64,000 nucleotides of DNA from Dicyema japonicum (Eukaryota > Animalia > Dicyemida), in the NCBI GenBank assembly GCA_011109175.1, contig RDEW01000002.1, forward strand, positions 198,299 to 262,298, in the 5' to 3' direction. The notes under the pieces were generated by a model, which worked only from the letters and a program-made list of their open reading frames with translations, did no database searches and was not told where the DNA came from. The position numbers and the translations under genes are program-made. This document shows, piece by piece, positions 25,880-38,299 of this stretch (positions are counted from its first letter, which is position 1; every line of letters starts with the position of its first letter).

Positions 25880-26410
25880 TACCTACCCAACTTGGTCGAA
25901 GCCCTGCTTATGCTCTCCGGAGAAATAAACCTAAATCCCGGTCCACGAAAGCTCTCGTCCTCTTACAACTAAACATTAACGGAATAAGAGGAAGGTCCTG
26001 GAGCTCAGAGACCTTCTGAAAAAACAGGACACAGACATTTGCCTACTTCAAGAAACAAGACTATCTTCCTCCACTTCCTCCCATGTCTTCCCAGGCTAAA
26101 ACATTATTCGACGTTGCCACCCTCGGGCCGCGGAGGTGGAGTCATCACACTTATCAAGAAATAAATCCCTTTCTCAGAGAGAGCACGCTTCTACTTCCCC
26201 CATCCCGTTGAATACATCGAAATTTTAATTTCAACCAACTTTGGATGCCTAACTATACTGAACCTCTACATACCTCTTCCCGGTTCGTGCCCCAAAGGGT
26301 ACACCTTCTCACTGTCAGACATCGTCTAGCCCAATAACCTATTAGTATGTGGAGACTGAACGTGAAACATCCGATGTGGTTCAAAAACCAACCGGAAGAC
26401 GCCAGAGGAA
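25880..26410 (+). mobile_element. LINE ORF2 5' remnant (APE endonuclease; CR1/L2/Jockey-like)
   Basis: LLMLSGEINLNPGP, NINGIRG, ICLLQET, RGGGVITLIK, LNLYIP, VCGD.NVKHPMW. Confidence 0.8.
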
Positions 26411-26449
26411 CCCACTTGCAGTTGCGGTTATCGCTCCTATGGGCAGAAC

Positions 26450-26690
26450 ATACACTTTATTTTTAGCAAAGAACAGTTATAATAGCTAATCAAGGAGGTT
26501 CAAGGAATGCTCTTAACTTTTTGTTTTCTTTGATGTATGTCCTTTATAGACAGTCTGGTTCCGTAGTGAAGTTCACTGATGACGGCGTCAATCGTCAAGC
26601 CAAAACATAGAAATTCGTTGAACCTTCACCCGAAATGTGCAGCATTGGATTCGAACTAGCGACCTTCAGGTCTCTTGCCCGGCAACCGAA
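26450..26690 (-). mobile_element. SINE family 1, diverged copy
   Basis: CACTGATGACGGCGTCAATCGTCAA core and a B-box-like GATTCGAACT. Confidence 0.65.
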
Positions 26691-27329
26691 TTTTAATAAA
26701 AGTTGAAGAATCGCCAAAAGGAATAGAATTGTGTACAAGAATAAGTAAACACCAGTAGCTGTGCTGAGGCGCGGTTAAAAATAGTTCTTGAAGTGAGGAG
26801 TCTTGAATTTCGGTGTAAGTTTAGTTTATTGGATGAGGTCAATGATTGTAAGAGAAGATACATAAATCAATATATTTTTTTGGAAAGACTTATGATGTTC
26901 AACTTGAGTATCTTAAACTTTCTCTAAATGGACGGGTCCAGGGGTAGGTTCAACATCACTACACCTGATTAAAGAAATCTGGGAACGGCAGCTTGGCACT
27001 CGTTCCGTAGCCATACTAAGCAAAAACTACAGTCCAACCACGAAATGCGGCAAAAATTCCCCAATTTTGATATTTTCTCAAAATGAGGGTTTGTTTAAAA
27101 ATCTAAATAAAAAATACTGAAAAATTACTCTCATAATCAAAATTACTATAATATGTATTGAAAACAAGATGAATCATTTGATTTTTATTTTTTGATAAAT
27201 AAATCTGTCATTTTCATGTTATTTTGTTACTTTTTTCGTATTATGCACAATATCTGCTTATAGTTTAAAGCATTTTCAGTTGTTTACTACATTAAAATGC
27301 ATTGTAGTGACTTCCTTGCAAACGAGATA

Positions 27330-27633
27330 AAGCAGATGCTTTGTTGCAAGGTCCTCGTTATTCCAATAGTAATGACGTAAGAAGGAATTGGTAAAAAATT
27401 AGACGTAGATAAGAAGCTCAAAGTTTATTTACAGTGCGTTATTTTTTAAAGTGGACCGTAGAGACCCTGTCACTGTTGTATAGGAGGCAGAGCAAGAAGA
27501 TGCAACATTGGTAGAGGGCTCAATTGGACAAGATGTTCTCGGAGCTGTTTCAGCAACCAGAATCGAACCTGCATAAGAAACTGGCGAGGAAGGTTGTTGA
27601 TTGTTAGATATTAACTTTTTCGTTGGTTAAATA
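27330..27633 (+). mobile_element. 5'-truncated copy of the R2/R4-like element at 9050-10803
   Basis: GTTGCAAGGTCCTCGTTATTCC...CAGCAACCAGAATCGAACCTGC...GGCGAGGAAGGTTGTTGATT matches 10470-10803. Confidence 0.85.
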
Positions 27634-28149
27634 AAGCTTGGTTAAATTTCGCTACTAATTTTCCTGATTTGGGGTTATATTAATAAAAAAATTTCATATT
27701 ACTTTTAAAATGATAAAATCTCACCAAAATCGAGGTTTTCTCACAGTTTGGGATTTTCCAAAACGATCTCGGACTTTTTATTTAATTGGTTGTGTAATTT
27801 TATCTCTCCCTTACGCAATCTTTCAATAAATTTATAAAAATTAAAAAAAATAATAATTAAAAATCATAATTAGTAAATTATAAAATTATAAATCTGTAAA
27901 TTTTAATTTAAAATAATCACGTTTGAAATGTTTGTTTCTTGTTGTATGCATGGACAATCGAATGGTTTTGAAAATTCCATACAAAAACAACTTTCAAAGT
28001 ACAGTACGTTTTTTGATTTAACGAAAAAAATTTTCGTTATTTAAATTTATTAGAGATAAAATAAATTAATGAGGCTTTTTATTAAAAAAATAATTTATAA
28101 TTATTTTATTTTTTTTTGTATTTTTTTTTAAAACAATTAAACAAATAAA

Positions 28150-29029
28150 CAGGTGTTTAGTGGATACGGTCCTTCACTCTACTTCCGGACTAAACGTACC
28201 GCTGACGCCGTCGGGAGCCTGGGATGAATGGATGAATTTGTACCTAAATGCTCCGGTCAATTGTGATAAGCAAAAGTCCTATTTGTTTTGTGTCTTCGAA
28301 AAGAAGAAAGAATCCCTTGAAAAGACGGAAGATATAAGAAGGCTTGCTTGCCTCAAGACAGCCAGTTGTCACTCGACGGGGGCCTGGATGAACGCTTTTC
28401 CATCTGCTGAAATTGGAAACCTGTTGGATGATGAGGCTGTGAGAATAGCTACCTCGCTTCGTCTTGGTCTTAAATTGTGTGCCGAAAGAAAATGCCGCTG
28501 TGGACGTTGGATCGATCCTTTTGGTTATCATCCCTTGTCATGCAAGATGAGTGCGGGTCGTTTCCCCAGGCACTCCTGCCTTAACATGACATTAAAGAAT
28601 TCCCTTGCCTCTGCTGGACACCATTGCCTGTTAGAACCTGCTGGTCTTTCTCGAAACGATGGAAAACGCCCTGATGGGATGACGACTTTTCCATTCGCCA
28701 ACGGACGAAACCTGATCTGGGACGCGACGTGTGTTGATACTTATTCCCCGTCTAATTTGGTTGCTTCTGCTTCAGACCCAGGACATGCTTCGAAGCAGGC
28801 CGAGGAACGAAAGAGGAGGAAGTACCAGAGAATTTCGGAGGAGTATATATTTGTTCCATTCGCGGTGGAAACGTCAGGAATCCTTGGCCCCCAAGCAGAT
28901 GAGTTGGTTCGTAAGATCGGCTCCATGATTCAAGCTGTGACCAAGGATCCGCGAGAAACTGGTTGGTTCCGAGAACGTATCTCGTTGGCTATTGTTAGGG
29001 GAAATAGCATGGCCATTCAGATGCCTTAA
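28150..29029 (+). mobile_element. CRE-type non-LTR retrotransposon, 3' part with open ORF
   Basis: TGAWMNAFPS, LRLGL, C-x-C-x-HPLSC, RH..LN, EPAGLSRNDGKRPDGMT, WDATCVDT, FAVETSG, ISLAIVRGN. Confidence 0.9.
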
Positions 29030-29099
29030 TTTAATTTTTATTCATTTGATTTTTAAATTAATTTTTAAAAAAATAAATAAAAATTTAATTAAACAAATA

Positions 29100-29660
29100 T
29101 CAGTTGAGGAAGCCTGCTGCGTGGATTGCGAACGAGTTCCCTCGGAGTATGGCTATTCCAATCTTTTGTCTTAGTCATAACCCTTCTCGTTGATCCCTTT
29201 TCTTTTTGGCAAGCAATCCTCCGAGTTCTTGCAAGAATTCAGCCGTCATTGGACCAAAGGCTCCCGATGATTCGGTCGCAACAGGAGTAAATCGGTAGCG
29301 ATCCCCGAGGCAAGAATATTTCTTGATTTTTAGGTTTTCCGCGGTCGAAGCAGCTGCTCCAGGTGTCTGAACAGATTTAAAAATGTTCGTGCTTGAGAAC
29401 GTGTCTATGCAAGTTGCGTCCCAGACCAAAGATCTTCCAGACGTGAAGGGGAAAAGGGTCATCCCGTCAGGTCTCTTCCCATCTCCTCGATCAAGACCCA
29501 CTGGTTCAAGCTGTGCTGGGAAGCCTGAAGCCTTCAGAGCTCTGACGATCACATCATTCAGAGCGGCATGACGTGGTCCCCTTCCGGCGCTTCTTCTGCA
29601 GGACAGCGGGTCCAATCCTTTCACATCGACTGTTTTCCCGCATAAATTTATTAACAATAA
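29100..29660 (-). mobile_element. CRE-type retrotransposon 3' part, tail-to-tail with the previous copy
   Basis: LDPLSCRRSAGRGPRHAALN, EPVGLDRGDGKRPDGMT, WDATCIDT, PVATESSG. Confidence 0.9.
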
Positions 29661-30469
29661 AATATTATTTATTAACTATGGGGGAGAGCGGCTGCTGACA
29701 TCACGGAGTAAGCGTTTCCGTTATTAAAATTATTTTAAATTTTCGTTAAAAAAATCCACTGTACAATCAAATTAATTCATCTTCAGAATTTAGAAAATTT
29801 AGGAAACTAGTCTTATCAACCAACAAATAAGTGTACCAAGAATTATGTCAACTTGAAACTGAACACATTTTTCTCTTCAAGTGCATCCATATGCAGTACA
29901 TTGAACTGAAGAGTAAAAAATCTATGCAATCTCTCAAAAAATAATAATCAAACTCACTTTAGTTTAAAAAACTCCTTAAGATTTTCCTTAATTTTAAAAT
30001 ATTATCCTTTGTAGCAGAAACAGCCAATCTCTTCGAGTACTCTATATGCAATATTCACCATCTCTTCTGATGGACTTTGCGTGTTGCCCAGTTTCCGAGA
30101 ATTCCGTAAAATCTCACGATTGACTAAAACGAGGGAAAATCTCAATGTGGATTGTTGTAATTGTGCAGAACAGTATGGAAAGTATATTTCTGACTGAATT
30201 TAAGTTACGTAATGATGGAGAGCTGCCAAGGACATTACGTGCAACTAATCTTGTGTTTCTGTCCGCTTGTTCGAGAATCTATGTTCTTAGCTTGTCTATT
30301 ACTAAGAATATGAGGAAACTTTGTAAGAGAGGGAATATTTTTATAAAAATATTGAATAATGTGTTCGATCGTTTTATTGCTACAGAATATTGATAAATCA
30401 TGTACTTTATAACTCTATTTATTTTTGGGAGTGATTATAATTTTAATATAATAACTCCCCCACGGAGAG

Positions 30470-31250
30470 AACTGACCCTTGAGAAACCGTAAAGGAAGCT
30501 GTTGAACAGAGTAGGGGCCCTCATCAAGTTCCGTTGTTATTCAATCAGAACTGCTTCCAATGGGTAGTTTGCGGAAAAAGTCCATCATTTCTTCCTAGGG
30601 TTTTTGAGATTATCTTCAGAATCCTCATTCTCGTAAATACTGATTCTTAACATGTGCGAATGTAAGTCAATGGTCAAAAGTCACGACCACGGTTTCCTTA
30701 AAAGGTTGTAACGTCGTTAATCCTGGTTTTAGGCCAACTTGTATAATGTTGTCAGCAAGATGTAGAGAGGGTCAGAAATGATTTTGTAAGTGACACCTCC
30801 AGGCGTTCCCTCCAACTATTGGGTCAAGGAATTGATCATTCCCTGAACCATTTGAATATGACGTCGTAGTCCCTTGCAACAATGACTATTATGTCTTCTG
30901 CATATGAAAGGGGGATACAGTTTTCGGTTGTGGTATGTCGTATATAATTCGTTGTGCTGATAATAGTTGGGATTTTTGGAGCATCTCATTTGAAAGAAGG
31001 CGAGTCCTTTCCAGTCATCCGAATAGGTTTTAAGTGAGATATCTTCAAACTTTTATTTATCGACGTATTAAATATAGCATTTCCAGAGCTAGAGGGGCCA
31101 GATCCTCGGTTACATACTCGAGATGGAATCCGATCCTCTGGTTCTGAAGTTCTACGTCATAGATATTGTCAGATGGGCATCAGGTCAGAGAAATCCGATC
31201 CAGTGTGTGGAGGTTTCCATTCTAATCCTCTTCAAGTAAACTCGGTGATC
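30470..31250 (-). mobile_element. LINE RT remnant
   Basis: A YAED (YADD-like) motif near 30900 on the minus strand; heavily decayed. Confidence 0.45.
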
Positions 31251-31499
31251 TCTGAGGAAATTTTTGTGTGAAACAAAGCTGGATTCGGATCCGGAAACCG
31301 CAAATGGAGTTAAAAAGCCATTTGTAGGCTCGAATCCTTTCAGAAAGCACGAGCTGAAGAGGGAAAACGGGAATCAAGTAATTATGGAACTTACTACACT
31401 AGTGAGGTTGGAGGTCCCTAAGCTAATGGTAGTAAAGCTTCTCTGCACCATAAGCACTCTGCCTGTTTATGGGAAGGGAAGCGTATAGAATCCCAGTTG

Positions 31500-32045
31500 T
31501 TGTCAAGGTTCAGAAAGGAAGAAGACGTCTCAGCTTTTAAAACTGAGGTGAACGCTAAGGTACTTTGTGCCCGAGGCACATAATATGTCACGGGTAATCC
31601 TAAGGCGGCTGAATCCGTTGTACAAGTCTTCGAAGTCCCCCTAGACTTCGCGGATCATGATGTACTTGACAAAATCAAGGAGAACTTCTCCACAGCGTAC
31701 AAGATTGAGCGCTTCAAAATTGGAAATAAGAAGCTACAGACCATGAAGATTTGGCTACGATCGGATGCTGATACAAAAAGGATCTGCCTTGAGAAAGTAA
31801 AAGTTGGAACTTTAGGTTTGCAGTGGCCCGGGAGCGACCATCAGCTACCCAGTGCTACAGATGCCAAGGATTTGCCACACCAGCTACCGATTCACTTTTA
31901 AACCGAAGTGCCTAAATTGCAAGGCCCGAATTTTGTGAAAGGCATGCCAGTAAATGCCACGTCTCTCAAGTTAGTGAATTGTGGAACGAGGAACACAGAG
32001 CGAGCCATAGCAAATGGTCCCTGTATCAGGAAGCATCGGATAAGG
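31500..32045 (+). mobile_element. LINE ORF1 (gag-like, CCHC knuckles), interrupted by the Ginger element
   Basis: ATQCYRCQGF.HTSYRFTFKPKCLNCK; the frame continues at 34058 once the element and one TSD copy are removed. Confidence 0.75.
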
Positions 32046-32088
32046 TGTCACATGGGCCAAGCGTTACCTATGGGCAGCCTGTTACATT

Positions 32089-32193
32089 AACCTTGAACCA
32101 AGATTAACTTCAATTAATTTTATAACCTTGAACCAAGATTAACTTCAATTAATTTTATAACCTTGAACCAAGATTAACTTCAATTAATTTTAT
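32089..32193. repeat. Perfect 35-bp tandem repeat x3 inside the left TIR
   Basis: AACCTTGAACCAAGATTAACTTCAATTAATTTTAT repeated three times. Confidence 0.95.
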
Positions 32194-32242
32194 AAATGAT
32201 TTATTAACCACAAAAAATTAAATTTAAGTAACTTTTTTTAGT

Positions 32243-33728
32243 CTACTCATTAATACAGTCGATATTTCTCCTTTCGAATTTTTTATCTATCAAATTAAAC
32301 TATTTAAAACTACCTCCACGCGATTATTCGATAAAATATTAATTATTTCTGCAACTGGATAATACTGAGACTCAAACTTATCCAGTCGCAATGAGGGATT
32401 TGTTCCAAAGTCTTTTTTAGCCCGAACCTATTTATTAATGTTTTTGATTCATACTTTATCTCCCATGTTAAAAGTATATTTACTATTATGAACATTCATT
32501 TTCCTGTTCATAGCTTTGTAATAATTAATTTTCTTCAATCGATTTAATTTCGAAGTTGAATCTCTTCGCATTCGGACACAAATTATCTGACTGGGAATTA
32601 TCTAGATATAAATTTTTTAAATCAAACTACGTGAATTTTTCAATAGATTCTGGAGTCGAACAATTAACCAAATCGTCAATTTGTTCTGGAATCGCACACT
32701 CATCACTTAAATTATCTAAGTCATAATGATATAAGTATAACCATTAATTATTGAATTTATTCCCTTAATTCCTCGATATCTTTCGAAAGGACTTTCGTTA
32801 GAAAATGAATGGACCGATATGTTGTAACTGTAGACAGCACTTTCTAATTTATCAAGCCACTTTTTTTCACTGTTATCCAGCATTTTTGACAACTTCCTCG
32901 TGATCGTCTGATTAAATCTTTCGACAATTCCTTGTGCTCGTGGATTGTTAGGCCTTCCGTGAATTTGCTTAATGTTAAAATCTTCGCAAAGTTTTGTTAT
33001 TTCTTGATTTTTAAATTCAGAACCATTGTCCGACTGAAGAAATTTACATGGCCCATTCAGGCGGAACAAAGATCTTAAGTTTTCACATACTTCTTTACCA
33101 GACTTATTATAGAGTGGTCGTACAAAAGCGAATCTATAAATTAAAAAAAAAACCAGCCTACTATATATGTCAATGACCGTTAAAATCCATTTGAAATTTT
33201 CATTTAATGTTGAAAATTTTTTCAGGTCTATTAGATCTACCTGAAAACGTTCATTTGGAGAAGAAGCAAACACATGGTGATTTATATCTCCAATCTACAA
33301 TTATAAAAAATCACGAACTTTTAAAGGACGCGAAAATTTGCAGACTTCACAATTTCGAATGACTTTTCTGATAATCTCATTCTTTACAGTGAAGTATCTT
33401 TGTCGACATTCATACTCAATTTTATTGACTCCTCCGTGTGAAAACTCGTGCAACGATTTCGCAACATGCTCCATTTCGGTTTCATTATCCAGGGATATGA
33501 CTAACTTGGGATCAGTTGATTTAAGATACAGTCTAAAATTATTGAAAATTTACAATACCTGTCATTGATAATAGAAAAATTCTCTATCTTCTTTACAAGC
33601 CTATATTTTCGGTGCCTCGGAAGATTTTCGGGAAATTTATCATGCAAAGCATCTTTTAAAGTTTGATATTCAACGCAATCTTTCACAAAACCCTTGTAAG
33701 AAGCCATTGCAACAAAATAATCTTCCAT
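32243..33728 (-). CDS. Gypsy-like integrase/transposase (H2C2 zinc finger + DDE) with six 24-29 nt introns
   Basis: HEFSHGG...CEVC, ERFQVDLIDL, VIDIYSR|FAFV, QSDNGSEF, PRAQGIVERFNQT, YSYNISVHS. One homopolymer frameshift. Confidence 0.85.
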
Positions 33729-34442
33729 GCTATAAATCACGCTATAAATCTAGGTTTACCGCTATAAAAAATAAAATCTTTATAATCATAACATTTATGA
33801 ATAAAAAACTAATTTAACAGGATTAAATCAATATAAATCGGATATATAAAATTAAATGTCGGATAATCCAATGAGGGACTCATCCTCATCTTTGTCGGTC
33901 TGGGATCACTTAGTTAGATGAGAACTTTTATTTCTTTCTTTTTGACCCAGTGATCCGACATTAATAATAATAATGTCGGATAATCAAAAGACCTTTTCAA
34001 GGTCGAAAAAATGTAACAGGCTGCCCATGCGTTACGCGCCGCCCATGTGACATAAGGTACTACAGGGGAGAAGGCCTGCACCTTCCCCTAAACAATTTGA
34101 ATGATATAAAAGATTTTACGATTTAATTGCAACATAGTAAATGATAAATCCGTGATTATCATCCGGGTTTTATGCGGAATTGAAAATACAAGAACAGCTG
34201 ATCTAATTAAATGATAAGAACTTGAAATTCAATTTATAAAACAATTTCTCACATTTGGTGTCTAATGTTATCAAACTACGATTCTAGAAACTATGGGAAA
34301 ATATGTCTTCAATATTTTTGTGCTTTTTTATTTATTCAAATCTACCATATTTTCAATTCCATCACAATTCTGCCTTAATTAATCACGAAAAATATGATGA
34401 AATACACCAATATAAAATTTCCACGTTTACGGTTAAAATACC

Positions 34443-34605
34443 TAAAGGACACTCACACAAGAAAAAGAAAAAAAGAAGTGAAGATCATTCCTTGGTTCTA
34501 CGATTAGTTAAAATTAACTGTTCTTTACTTAAATAAAGTGTGTGTCCTGTCTATGCGGAGCTATAAATACTATGGCTCTCGTGAAAAGGCTTTATTATTA
34601 TACCT
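34443..34605 (+). mobile_element. SINE family 1, 3' part
   Basis: Near-identical to the reverse complement of ~20300-20445; ends GGAGCTATAAATACTATGGCTCTCGTGAAA..(TTA)n. Confidence 0.85.
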
Positions 34606-35327
34606 GTTAGTGATACTTCTTTGTAAGTTGATGGTTTAAGGTAATTAAAATTTGGTTTTGCCATTCGGTAGGTCATAAAGACATCTAATTAAGCAATAGT
34701 TTAAGAACAAATGGAGATATCTGGGAAAGTATTGGAATGATCTGAACGTGAGGATAGGAGGGATTTAATAGATGAAGATGAATAAACTTATTAACAAAGA
34801 TGCCAAGTCCCCTAGTTGTAGAGAAGAGTTGTCCGAGCGGATGATGGAATAGTCTTTAAAATTTTGAGTTAACTGACTTTTGGATGAGAGCAATGTCTAT
34901 AAAATTCTTGTATAGGAAGTACCATAAATCATCACATTTTTTGAAAATCCCGTAAATGTTTAGTTTGAGGATTTTCGGCCTTCGAAAAGTGGTAGCATCT
35001 ACAGGGGTTTCCTCAATAAAGGAACAGAGAACGTAAGTTTTGCGCTCATCACGTAGCCACAACCAGGCAAACTAATAAATAGTTGATTGGCAAAGGAGAT
35101 AAGATAGGTGTTTTGGTTACAATTGTATGTAGTTTTCTCCACGAGCAGATGACCAGCATGAAAAGCTAAGCGCAAAAATTGCTTGTTTGGAGATCATAAG
35201 AAGCAATCCTGATTGTGGGCTACTAATTTGTAACATTTTATTTATTTAATAATAATTTAATGACTTTTTAAATAAAAAAATATTATATTAAAAAAAACCA
35301 CTTTTATTTTGAAAATATTAGTGAATA

Positions 35328-36241
35328 ATGCCCGTGCCATTTGGTTGGTGTGAATGCCCATTATTTGGTGATGTAATAGATAATATTTATGTAAAAGTAA
35401 TAGGGGACAAATTTATTCCATTCAAAGTGACATTAGATACTAACAAATACAACATTTCGCCTGACAATGCTTTCACTTTACAAAATTTACTCGAAAACTA
35501 TCCAAAACTCGGTCATGTTATTGATTTGACCAACTCTGATCAATATTATAGTCCAAATACTATTGGAATTACATTTACGAAAATAAAATGCAGAGGGTTA
35601 ATATTGAATAATAATTAAAGTCACGGAGAACCACCTACAGAGGAGCAGGTGAGAGAATTCATATCAGCTGTCAATTCCTCCAATAATAAGTCATTAATCG
35701 GTTGGTTATCTATTATTATGCAGGTGTTCATTGCACTCATGGATTTAATAGAACTGGGTTTATGATCATTAGCTTTCTCGTTTCTGTTAAAAATATCGTC
35801 TTGAGTACGCATTACAATTATTTTCCAAGGTTGATGAAGTAGTAAATGTGATTAGTCGAGAAATCCAGGAATTTATAAACAAAATTATGTTAATGTCTTA
35901 ATTCAACGGTATGGAAATCAAAACATGGATTTGTATGCTGCCTCACGACCATATTGGCATAAAGAATATCAGGAAATAAATAACACAGTTCAATTGTGAT
36001 ATAATTTAAGATAAATAAAGTTCCTGGAGTTCGTCTAAGACGACAAATTCCACATCAATCTACAAAAGAAAAATCGTGTTTTGATAAAATTCCGTTTTCA
36101 TATTTTATTATTTAAAGGTTAGAGAAATTCATAGGAGAACATCACCCTTCTTCAATTCCTATTCCCGAAACCACCCCACCCACAGAGAAGTTGTATTGGA
36201 TCCCAGAAGGCGCACGAGGAGAAAATGAGAAATCTGATTGA
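35328..36241 (+). CDS. Cysteine-phosphatase RNA 5'-triphosphatase (capping-enzyme N-domain type), no guanylyltransferase domain seen
   Basis: KFIPFKV, VIDLTNS, KCRSHGEPPT, IGVHCTHGFNRTGFMI (HCX5R), ARNPGIYKQNY. Introns of ~23-24 nt; stop at 36241. Confidence 0.8.
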
Positions 36242-36335
36242 AGCCTTCGAGATCACTAAATTAATTTAGCAATTAAACTAACCATTGGTGTTCTTGGGTT
36301 AATAATAATATAAGAAACAAACCTCCCTTTAAGTC

Positions 36336-36533
36336 ATGGGAGGTGTCTTAGGGGATTCAACGTGCATGGACACTTTTTCTAATGGGAATTTGAGTAAGTC
36401 ATCGTTGCACGCGGGTTCCGCAGCTGATGATTTGAAAAAGAGGAAGTACCACGACATCGTAAGCCGTTTCGTTTTCCAGCCAATCTCCGTTGAGACTTCT
36501 GTAGTTATTGGACCGAGCACGTCTGGTTTTTGA
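36336..36533 (+). mobile_element. CRE-type 3' remnant
   Basis: GDSTCMDTFS, KKRKY, FQPISVETSVVIGPST. Confidence 0.75.
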
Positions 36534-36639
36534 AATAATTTTATTTAGTAATAAATTGTTGTTGGGGGCAAAGATTACGTAGTCCCATTAATATTGCGTC
36601 GAATTCATGGTTAGGGTTACTGGTGGGGTTAGGGACGAA

Positions 36640-36990
36640 ATAGCTGTTTAGAATGTGTCATGTGGTTCCCATCTCCCTTTAGTTTCGCCATTTAATATTA
36701 CCCCTCAATCTGCAAAAGTTTAATGATATTAGAACCCCTCTATATGCATTATATAGGCCAGTACTCGGGTCAATAATGTTATAGCGACGATTGACCGACA
36801 TATGTACCAAACCTATATCTTGAAGACTGTTGGTCAACTCATCGCCAATAAATATAAGTGTTGAACCAACTGTCACATTCTCGATGATTGCTTTTGTAAG
36901 TGTTTTCATAGTGAGTTCTTGAATTTCCATGAGGAAACATTCTTTAGTTTCCGCAAAAATCCATTGTTGGGTTAATAATCGTTTACAATT
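36640..36990 (-). mobile_element. Merlin (IS1016/ISXO2-like) transposase remnant
   Basis: WIFAE..CFLM, TLTKAIIENVTVGSTL, GLVHMSVN..IIDPSTG. Confidence 0.7.
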
Positions 36991-37399
36991 AGTTTTCGTT
37001 TAGAAAATATAATTACCATTTAATTTTTTAAATTGTTTTTTTAGCAAAACCGTTAATTACAAAAATATCGATAAAAATGGAAGAAAAGCTGGTGAGATTA
37101 GTGAAACTGACGTTTTCCTGTTAAATTGTTTTCAATATTTGCTTTATGATTGTTTCGTTTAATCATTTAATTTGCTTTCACGTGTTCATTCATTGAAATT
37201 ATTCATTTTTGAAAAAAATTGTTCACAAACGTAAATTGTCCAAACCATTGATGTCATAATTAGAATTACAGTTAGTTTCATTCACTGTGTTTCAATATGC
37301 AATGACCTATAATTACAATTCATTAGGAATCCTGTCAAACTCACAGCCAATGGATTTTCAAAAAGCAAAGTTTTATTTTTAATTCTCGAGAGCCGTGCT

Positions 37400-38170
37400 T
37401 ATCAGTTTTCCTACCTTTCTCGATCTCTCAGCGGGGCCTGGACGATGCTATATCTGGAATTCTTTCGAAGATTTGCTAGTGTCATGTAGCCAACATCGCC
37501 GTGCCTGTTTATGTCGGGAGCATCTTTCGAGTGCGGTGCCTGGCTTAACGCCGTTCCCAATGGAGTTATGGGTACCTTCCTGGATGATAAATGCGTCCGT
37601 ATTGAGATTTCATTACGACTGGGATTAAAAAGTCTGTGTTCCACATCCGTGCCGATGCGGAGACCAGCTCGACTGTTTTGGCTTACAATCTCTCTCTTGC
37701 AGGAAGAGTGCAGGCAGATTTCCCTCGACACATGGCCTTGAACGAAATCGTTAGGAGAGCTTTGGACGCCGTCGGACACCCCTCTATGCTCGAACCAGTC
37801 GGTCTTTGCAGACGGGACGGGAAACGACCGGACAGGATGACAGTCTTTCCTTTTGAAGCCGGTTAACCTCTTGTCTGGGACGTTACCTGCATCAACACGT
37901 TTGCTTCTGTTAACCTACTGCAGATGCCTCTGGAGTCTGAGAAGGCCGAGAAGTTGAAACGGGAAAAGTACGCGGTCATACCCAAGAATTTTTTGTTTGT
38001 TCGACTCGCCGTTGAGAAGTTTGGTTCTTTTGCTCCTGCGACACTGGAATTTTTGATTTGTCTAGAGAATCGGATCGCTGCACGAACAGGAGACGTGAGC
38101 GCTGCTAATTATTTGAGCGAATCTCGCTCGCAACCATGCGAAAAAATAGCCTCGCAGTTAGGGCAGTTGT
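37400..38170 (+). mobile_element. CRE-type retrotransposon 3' part, frameshifted
   Basis: GAWLNAVP, RLGL, RHMALNE, EPVGLCRRDGKRPD, WDVTCINT, LAVEKFG. Confidence 0.85.
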
Positions 38171-38299
38171 TATATGACCATTTACTCTCTTTTTTTTACA
38201 TATATTTAATTTTCCAAAAAAATTCTCGATATCGGAAAATCATTCGGAAATCTGTTATGAAGATTCTCTAATAATCATCAACTAAAATTCGTGGATCAC

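Larger units (their letters stand above)
32046..34052 (-). mobile_element. Complete Ginger2/Tdd-type DNA transposon (2007 bp)
   Basis: Imperfect 41-bp TIRs (32046-32086, 34012-34052) with TGT...ACA termini; 5-bp TSD TAAGG; integrase-like gene inside. Confidence 0.9.

Noticed and set aside
32089-32193. CRISPR-like array
   Set aside because: Contiguous identical units without spacers, in eukaryotic TE context.
34620-35235. Minus-strand gene divergent from the triphosphatase
   Set aside because: Candidate splicing produced stops; product unrecognised.
36600-36645. TTAGGG telomeric repeats
   Set aside because: Only two non-tandem units, at a Merlin remnant edge.
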